Below are positions 55,897 to 64,000 of a stretch of DNA of 64,000 bases, one piece after another; the stretch's first letter is position 1, and the number at the start of each line of letters is the position of its first letter. The notes beneath the pieces were generated by a model. That model was not told where the DNA came from. It did not search any database and saw only the letters and a list, made by a program, of their open reading frames with translations. The translations under genes and the position numbers were made by a program. Source of the DNA: Catajapyx aquilonaris (taxonomy: Eukaryota); contig KZ538044.1 of NCBI GenBank assembly GCA_000934665.2, forward strand, positions 62,001 to 126,000, read 5' to 3'.

Positions 55897-56843
55897 ACGT
55901 TGCGCGACAGGCTGTCCGGAGCACGTGGTCTGCCGTTTCAGGAGTTCAGGTTACTTAATAATCTTATCCCCTAATCAGCCTCCAAAACTCACCATCCCGA
56001 GGCTGGGTCAAATCAGGTTAGATCACCTGGGTGTCCTGGGTATCCTAGCAGGAAACCCCACCGACTCCAGGTGACGATCCACACATGGGAACAGAATCAG
56101 GAGGTAAAAATACACCAAGATTGACGCTTACACCGGGACGCACTGGGCGAATGCATGTGGGCTTGCATCTCGATGACACTGCCATCTGCACCTGTACAGG
56201 TGTAGTCAGTGTATAGTAAACACCATATTTGAAAGGGCGGGAAGATTAAATGAACCTACCGCCGAACTATAGTGATTAGGAGCACATGGTTAAGAAGCTG
56301 ATTTTGTCCCACGTAAGGAGGTATAGTGTAGATGCCTCGATTCATGAACGAAATCTGGGCCTTGGAACTAGAGCACGTCGACAACTTTTGGTGATACGAG
56401 GGGGCAAGACCAGCTCGATACTTTTGGGTAACCCTGTATTTTGGTAAAATATGAATACCAGGATACCTTGCAACATACTACCGTGATACACCGTTTAAGT
56501 AATACTTAAATGTCATAGTCGAAAATAAATGTGTGGCTGTTTGCATGATACATTACTGAACTCATCAATTCCTTATGAATATGGAGGGATTCTAACGAGA
56601 GATACGTTCTGGACCATGTTAGGTGCAAGCCCAACTTTGCCCAACTCAAGTTATGATGAGGTTGTCCTTTTCGATAATAAATATAGTTTTATTAGAGTGG
56701 TGTAAACACACACGTTGCTATGATATGTAACCTGGGAAACTTCTCATCAACAAATTGGCCCCTGGAATGGAGCTGATGTTCTTTTGAGGAACAAAATTTC
56801 CTGGACGATGCCTCAAAATACGCCAACCTCTTCTGGCTCAAAA

Positions 56844-56900
56844 ATGTCGTCAAGCACATCACTTATTAGTGTGAGAGGCAAGCCTCTTCTCCCTGTTCTG
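56844..56900 (+). CDS. CP110: CP110 coding exon 1
   Basis: caaaaATG start context; ends CTG|gtgagt, phase 0. Confidence 0.8.
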
Positions 56901-59900
56901 GTGAGTGATATTTTCGTAATATCTATACTGTTATGAAACAAAAGAAAACTCTCTGCACTGGTCAGGGCTACTTAAACTGTCATAATACCTTGGCTGAGAC
57001 CTCTCAATTTATTGTCTCAAAATTTTCTATTGGTATACGCGTATTCGGACCTATGAGAAAGACGTGGATTATATTCCTGAAATATTTAGATCAGCATAAT
57101 CCAACACCAATAAAACAGCAGCAATCAAACTTCGGTACTTCGCAACAACTACTATCTATAGTGTCAACAATGTAACTAACAATATTAAATAACTGATACG
57201 GGATATCAGTAGTACCCAAATTACCACTATTCCATATCCTGGATATAAATTCAATTATTATCATTACTAGATTTCAATTAACGGCTTTCCCTGCAAGAAT
57301 GCTTATTTCTTCAACTTCAGACTAATTAAAGACTGCTGTAAGGTTCACGCAAATAAGTGGTACGGCGCATTGTTACATACAGTAACTCACGCCCTCCAGC
57401 AAAAAATCATTACCTTCCGTTTTCCGGGGCAGCGCAGCAGACCTTAATTAGATGCCAGAAGGATGAATAAAACCCCGACAACTCAAGAAATTTTGCGAAA
57501 ATATTAGTATGTGGTGAAACTGCCCCCCGAAGTTACCTAGTTAGTCGCCTTTATTGTTTCCAGGTTATTCGATATTATATTAGAAATGAAAATAATGCTG
57601 GCTGCAGCATGATCCTCAAACTTTTCCGTCTTGTTAACTTACTAGTTATCCAACGAAAGTAAGCAAGAAATGCATGAATACAAAATGATGGCCATTCGTG
57701 TCGAAGCCCGTGTTCGACTAAGTAAACTGTCATTGGCAATCAACAAAATGGACGACGATGGAGAAATCGGATCAAATCAAGTAGGATCAAATGACGAAGA
57801 AGAGTCAACTCAATATGAACCCGCCGAGAAACTCCCACCTTCTGGGAAGTCGTACTACAAACGCGAGTCACCTCGGTAATATGTCAAATTTTAAATCATT
57901 AGTTAAACAAATTCTGGCGTTTTGGAACCCTCGATTGCAGTTTCATATTTTCAGGTCAAGGGCACAACCGGTGCATGAGGTGAGGAAAGTGGTACCCATT
58001 GCGGTAAATCCGGGCCGGTCATCTTCCTACACTCTAGCCGAGCCAAGTGAGGCTCTGAAGTCGATGCAAGCTAAAGGACTTATTCCAGATGCATTTGACA
58101 TGACATCCACTCCTAAGCAACGTCTATTGGATATGTGTTCCCCAGGGACATCGGAAGAGGCGGATGTGCTGCGAGAGAATGAGGTTAGATACTATAGTTA
58201 AAAATTGGCAGTTATTAGAATGTGGAGAGTGGGTGCTTTAGTGTATCTCGAAGTTGAATAACAATATTATAATGTGGTGTTTAGAGATGCAAAACATTAT
58301 ATGGGATTTTTATATTTCCGATGAACAATGTACTCGGTATCAGAAAGTACTGACCAGTCCTTCCAAAGTTTATAAGTCATTATTTTATAAGAAGTTGTAT
58401 TTTCTTATATCTAGTGCAGCAAAAAATCGCTTCTTTATATACCGTACTGTAGTATTGCACTGAATATTATGTTAGTGAATGTTTTAGTGCAACTTTATAG
58501 TAACGACTTAATGGTACGATATATTTGTTTGATTCTGCCGGCTTCATTCTTCAAACATTTGTGACAATGTCCACTAAAAATGTGGATAAGCGGGTCATTT
58601 CGTTAAGCTCTTCAACTTGCTGATTAGTCCCATCTGCCCATATACTCAGTCAATTTTTTACCATACTGTATAACCCCCAAATTACTCGAATCGGTCGAGA
58701 GTTTAAATTTTTGAGAGCTTTAGGCCATTTTTCATTACTGTCATTAGTCAATGAAGTCATAAGCGGTTTAACGGTTGACTCCATTTTTGGGATTCAAGCT
58801 GTGTAATCTATCCATACAAATTTCAATAAAGCTACACATTTTGAGCAGGGGAGCTCTGCTATGTACATCCTGTGATATTTAAACACCATAATTATTATGC
58901 ACACAATATCTAAATGAGATAGTAACAATACCCGTGCTTACTCTCTTGTATTTGTGTACGACCTAATCACTGAATGCCATTGACAATTGCCATTTCCCAC
59001 ATCAGAGCTTTGATTCGGGAACATACTCATCGTATTTTGAAGACCCCGAGATCGTGACGTGGAGGCTAATCAGCTTGTACGAGTCCCTGTCCAGTGGCAC
59101 GGTGACCCTCGAAGATCCCCCGCTTCCTCCGGATGCAACCCATCCACTGCTACGAGGTTGTCACCATCTGAAGAAGACTTCGAAATGGCACCCCCCTTCC
59201 TACAACATCATGTCTCCTCCACGTGCTTGGGATCCAGAAATGGCACACAAATTTGACAAGATCAGCGCGATTGTCAAGGGGTATTTGACTCGACGCCTTA
59301 TGAGGACATATCACGTGCAAAACATTATCCGGACAATACGCGACTCACTGATATGTCTTCTGGAGCTGCAGAGAGATGTCGATATGGCATCATACTCGTC
59401 TCGTGACCGAGACCTTCGTCGAAGACTCAGGCAGCAGGTTCGAACCCATCAGTTCCCACACGCATTGGCGAGTATCATTGAATAATAATCGCATGCCACA
59501 CATTTTGACCCTATTTGGATTGAATGCCTGCCACATTATTTTTGCTTGGTTATCATTGCATTCCACGTGTATGAATTCCATATCTTGGGGCAATCCAAAT
59601 GGAGTGTATGTTGGGATTTGTACAAAGTCGACTTACTGTATAGGCTACTTACTCCTTGTCACTATTCTCAAATCGCACTAGACAGAACAAGAATAACGTG
59701 TGGAAGCACAAATATATTAAAATATTACATTACACTGTCTCACAGATCGCTGGTGGTCTAGCCAGCATACACTACGTGTTTTTCGAGCTTAGCACTCCTC
59801 AGAGGATGGTGCTTATATCTTCTGACCGCCACAGGAACAGGTTACGCCAACAGAAATTTGCAGCCTTACAAGACATCGAAAGGCCATCAACCGCCATCCC

Positions 59901-60339
59901 CAAAAAGTCGTCTCCCGTCAGTCCCAAGTCCCCCCTCTATCGAAGGTGCCCATTACTCCACACCATTGATATTACAGGCATGTTCTTGATATAACTCCTT
60001 AATTTCCCTTTTTTTTAAAGGCCTGCCACTACTACTAACTGCTCGCCGAAACAGACACCAAAATCGGGGAGGATGACTGGAGTTGACACTTTTGGAAGCA
60101 GGATGGGATCTCCAAGGAATAGCGCTAGGAAATCGCTGATACTCATACCTAAAGGTGAGAGCTCTGATGAGTGTCCAGATGTAACAGATGGGGTCATATG
60201 ATGACATTTTGCAGAGAACGCGGCTTACGCGGCTAGGAGGAAGGTGGCGGCCAGGGTGGTGCAGCAGCTGCAGAACAGGGACGTGGGAGAGGTCATTGTT
60301 CCTCTGAAGAGGAGCCACAGCCCGAAGCCGTGGCGTTAG
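56844..60339 (+). CDS. CP110: Centriolar coiled-coil protein CP110 homolog, 468 aa; join(56844..56900,57646..57875,57955..58183,59006..59437,59746..59945,60021..60154,60215..60339); in-frame upstream ATG at 56808 possible
   Basis: N-terminus SLISVRGKPLLPVLLSNESKQEMHEYKMMAIRVEAR resembles the CP110 N-terminal motif. KFDKISAIVKGYLTRRLMRT..VQNIIRTIRD...LASIHYVFFELSTPQRMVLISSDR matches the CP110 IQ-like calmodulin-binding region. All six introns are GT-AG with matching phases; 1407 nt total, ending KPWR-stop. Confidence 0.88.
57646..57875 (+). CDS. CP110: CP110 coding exon 2
   Basis: ttactag|TTA ... CG|gtaata. Confidence 0.85.
57955..58183 (+). CDS. CP110: CP110 coding exon 3
   Basis: attttcag|G ... 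GAG|gttaga. Confidence 0.8.
59006..59437 (+). CDS. CP110: CP110 coding exon 4 (contains the KGYLTRRL motif)
   Basis: cccacatcag|AGC ... CAG|gttcga; 144 codons. Confidence 0.88.
59746..59945 (+). CDS. CP110: CP110 coding exon 5
   Basis: tctcacag|ATC ... AG|gtgccc; encodes IAGGLASIHYVFFELS. Confidence 0.85.
60021..60154 (+). CDS. CP110: CP110 coding exon 6
   Basis: ttttttaaag|G ... G|gtgaga. Confidence 0.78.
60215..60339 (+). CDS. CP110: CP110 coding exon 7 (terminal)
   Basis: ttttgcag|AG ... KPWR TAG; AATAAA downstream near 60559. Confidence 0.8.
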
Positions 60340-61168
60340 GGACATGGGATGTTTTCATTTATCACTTGTGTATGCAGTCACTGAGTTTAGGGAGGCTGGC
60401 TGTAATGAAGCATTTACTATTTATTGATTGTCGGAGCGTGTAAATATTAAAGTGGCTGAAGGTGTTTGTGGTAAGTGCTTAGTGGTTGCAGGCGACAGCA
60501 AAAAGTAGGTTGGATGCAACGGAGTTAATGGCACGAGCTTTGAGACACTTTGCTCTGGAATAAATCGCATTGTTGGCATTAGCCTGATTTTTGCTGTCTA
60601 CTGTAGTCGACGAGTCGTATTTTACATCTGGTTTGGAACATCTTTATTACCCAGGCGTGGTGAATGAGATTCCTAAGGGTGCACGTTGTAGGGCATACAA
60701 CCTATTCTCACCAGACCTTTACTGTACTGTACTTTCGGTGTTTAATTCTGACTGGAGAAATTCCCTTCTGAATTGTAATAAGACGTCTAACATGCAGGCC
60801 TCATGACAGGCGACCTTCACAGCAATAAACTATTAGCCTACATGTGACCTACTGAATGCCTTCCTTTTAACGTGTGAATTTCAAGACTAGTAGGCAGTGA
60901 GTCGTCGCTGAATACAAACTCTACTGCATTTGTAGGCGGGCTATTCATATTCACCTACTAAAGTCCGCAAAGAACAAAATAATATTCTCTATAGGTATTT
61001 TCTTGTGTCGAAACCCATTTCCTGCAATAGATTACACCTTGCTTATAAGAAATTACTGTAGTTGTGACCTCCAGTTGCGACACTGCCATATTGAAAGACG
61101 GAAATTCAAGTCTGCTGGTCCTCGCTAATAGTAAAGCACCACAGACGCAGAGCCACAAGTGGTTCCTC

Positions 61169-61182
61169 CAGCCATCTAGTGG
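61169..61182 (-). promoter_or_regulatory. CTCF-like insulator motif CCACTAGATGGCTG between the convergent CP110 and FLVCR-like genes
   Basis: Close match to the CTCF core consensus CCASYAGRKGGCRS; motif match only. Confidence 0.35.
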
Positions 61183-62467
61183 CCTTTGAGGGCGTCAGTA
61201 TACCAGAGAGAAATTAATTATTAATAGTCGCGCTCTTTCTATACAGAGACAAACGTCAGAGCTAATACTAATCGTCGGAAGCCTTTTAGATACAAAAAGG
61301 TCACATGATATTTATGGCTGCACAATCATGGTAGCCTACATTATATTGGGCTGTGCTCTTGCCAAATGAGTTGTAGTACGTGCTAAGGTGTAGTAAACAA
61401 CAACTGTTGTTTACTACACCCTGGTTTTACCCTGGTCACTGTTGTTGTTCCATGTACAGTATATGGAATATGTTTAAATGTTCAAATTTCCCACCTTACA
61501 CTGTAGTAAACTACCTCATTGACTGTGCAATATTTTACACGTACCGTACAGTGTGTTCCAGCTGGTTTCTCCATAGTGTTATCGGTAACGAATTTTAGGA
61601 GTAAGCTGCTTATACTTTTAAGCAGTTACTTTGCAACATATGCTTTAAGAGGTTGCCAAAAATATTGGCTGCCAATATTAGGTTGAATGGGTGCATCCTT
61701 TTAACCAATAATGCATCTGTCTCCACAAAGTTAATCTTGTCGTTAATCTCAGATACCAGTAGAATTGACATGCATAATAACAGCTAAAAGCAACGACTTA
61801 GTAATGACCAGCTTAGTTCCAAAAAGCTATAACACTGGGTATTTATCAATTGGGACACACTGATCTTTCAAGTACTACACACAGTGCAGTACTTATATAT
61901 CAAAGTGATCGGAAATTTCTGAAAAAGTAATAGACACTAATTATTTCTACCATTGCCTTTTAGCATCACGATTTATATTTTTAAATAATATTATTCATGT
62001 GTATAAAGCCATTTGTTATATACGATAACAGTTAAATTATGCGTATTCCACGATATTTTACAGCCGTATTATTTGGCCTTCTCTACCGTATGCATGATGA
62101 CTGTTGCTGTATACGCGTATTCTAACCATGTCCTTGACAGTAATTGATACCGGCATGCATGCATGATGACGATGATATTAAAAAGTACCTACAATGTTAG
62201 TGAGAATTTTTCTGGCCAGGACAAATCCGTGCTTCTGTTGCATCTCCATCAAGATATGAATGATCTAGATTACTTTCCGCAACATGAATAATTCATGTGC
62301 ATGGGATTCATTCGCAAAAATTTCGTGACGACCATAGCTGGCTGGATTTGCTTTTACTTTTGAAAGGATGTAACGCAGATAGGCAACAAATGACAGCGGG
62401 TAGATAACCTCAATTTTGGACTATCAGCCATTGCCTGAATTACTTTGCTCTGGTTTAACGACTGAGC

Positions 62468-62727
62468 TTAGGCCCCGAGTCTTTTGTAATCACCGTGAAT
62501 AAATATGGCAAAAAGCGTTCCCACACCTAACAAGGATGAAAACAATAAATTAGTAGCCAGGTCTCCCCAAGTGCGAAGTAGAAATCCTCCAAACATCGTC
62601 ATGGGAATTGACAGGAGGAAACATGCCATGTTCAAGATGCCACTGGTGGTACCCTCTGGCTCAGGATATGTCAGTTCTATCCCGTACTCGTATCCTAGTG
62701 ACGTGTAGGCGCCAGAGGACAATCTGA

Positions 62728-62799
<72 letters not shown>

Positions 62800-63827
62800 G
62801 TGTCACTGACTGATTCTTAATGATGAAATGTATGTTTGACACTTGGGAACATACCCGGTAAATATGAACGTAATGTAGCACAAGACCCCCGAAGAGTAAA
62901 AGACGCTAAGTGTGAACATAATCATTCCCACTGTGGATATGGCACATAAGCCGATAGTGCTTGCTCGGAATGAGTGGGTCTTGTCCAGCCATACTCCAAT
63001 CATTATGCCACCGATTATTGTGGCACAGGTATTGGCATTTCCGAGCCAGCCTGAAAATGTTCCTTGTTGCTAAGAAATAACAAGACAATGCCATTAGTAG
63101 TCTACTGTTGCGAAAACAACTGCACTAATAAAAGACCAATTCAAGAAGCAAGCCGTATTTTAGCTGAAAATAGTAACATTATTTTATATACTACACAATC
63201 ACTGTCTTATCCTATAAATACACTAATAAACTCCTTTTTCAATAATACGTAAGGCTATACGAGAACATGCTGATGCATCTATAGTAAATTGTCAATATAT
63301 TATTATCAAGCAAATTAGGCTATTTGTTTCTATAATTATTATGAATATTAGGGTAGCCTATATGAAAAAGCCTATGCAAAATAATTGCCAGTATAATCAA
63401 AACTCACGAAGAACTTCGCCGAGATGATTTGGTCCAGGAGTGTTATTATGCTTGTTAGTACTGCGTGAAAAATAGCATATGCAGCCAGTAATAGTAAGAA
63501 ACCTTTGTTAGACATGATATTTTTCAACGAGAGTTTATAATTCTTCTTCTCTTCCTCGTTGTTAGCCAATGCGTTTGCTTTGCTTGGGGGTACAGGAGGT
63601 TTATTCTGGAAAACTTATTATTGCTGATCTTAGTACAAAATATACACGTCTTTTATTTTAGTGTGATGTTAAATAAAATACTTACATATGCAAACAAGAA
63701 GGAATATTACTGTAGAAACAACTGCTCCAACATAAAATAATATTTGCAGTTGACTTCCTATTGTGGTTAAATTAACTTGCTCACTGACAATGTAAGTTGG
63801 GATTACAAAACCCAAGGCCACTCCAAC
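62468..63827 (-). CDS. FLVCR/SLC49-family MFS transporter, 3' part; join(63827..63686,63613..63408,63069..62855,62723..62468); 5' exons lie outside the window
   Basis: Family motifs VGVALGFVIPTYIV, FQNKPPVPPS, TLLDQII, GVWLDKTHSFR, YEYGIELTYPEPEGTTSGILN and DYKRL. GT-AG introns have matching phases (1,0,2). Confidence 0.92.
62728..62798. repeat. (AAT)n microsatellite, about 23 units, inside the last intron of the FLVCR-like gene
   Basis: Read directly; it accounts for the spurious poly-Tyr in the ORF track. Confidence 0.95.
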
Positions 63828-64000
63828 CTGACAAAAAAAAATTGTTGTATCGAAGAAGTTGCAACATTGTCATATGATTTTACAGTAATGGAGAAAAAGC
63901 ACAGATAGTGAACATGCCTGGAGAAATAAACATGCCGCTCGAATAAGTACCAAATAAATTATTATTCTCTATTCAGTTGGAGTGTGTAAATTTCCAGAAT

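Noticed and set aside
14300..62798. (AAT)n tracts as 3' tails of a SINE/LINE family
   Set aside because: The three tracts share no upstream sequence.
62724..62881. Poly-tyrosine N-terminus in the ORF track
   Set aside because: It is the intronic (TTA)n microsatellite; the real exon starts at 62723.
1..64000. tRNA, rRNA, snRNA, CRISPR array, transposase or reverse transcriptase genes
   Set aside because: No cloverleaf with A/B boxes, conserved RNA signature, repeat-spacer array or DDE/RT motif was seen by eye; an Infernal or RepeatMasker run would be needed to exclude degenerate copies.

Overview
Eukaryotic, intron-containing genomic DNA from an invertebrate, probably an arthropod (inference from gene content, short introns of about 60-80 nt and a DRE promoter motif). 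Three spliced genes can be reconstructed by hand with GT-AG junctions and a continuous reading frame: (1) a 5-coding-exon, 643-aa single-pass leucine-rich-repeat membrane protein (+, 1752-11410); (2) a compact 7-coding-exon CP110 centriolar protein (+, 56844-60339, 468 aa); (3) the last four exons of a divergent FLVCR/SLC49-type MFS transporter (-, 62468-63827, continuing past the window end). A possible orphan gene lies at 13265-14281 (-). The ~41 kb from 14.5 to 55.5 kb has no recognisable coding gene and looks like alternating GC-richer and AT-rich blocks. Throughout the window, chains of TA-NNN-TA motifs resemble stacked Tc1/mariner excision footprints. I found no rRNA, tRNA, CRISPR array or intact transposase. 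I cannot support a clearly novel multi-gene system. The best leads are the footprint chains, the FLVCR binding-site substitutions, the orphan gene and a multi-hairpin element at 44.4-44.7 kb.
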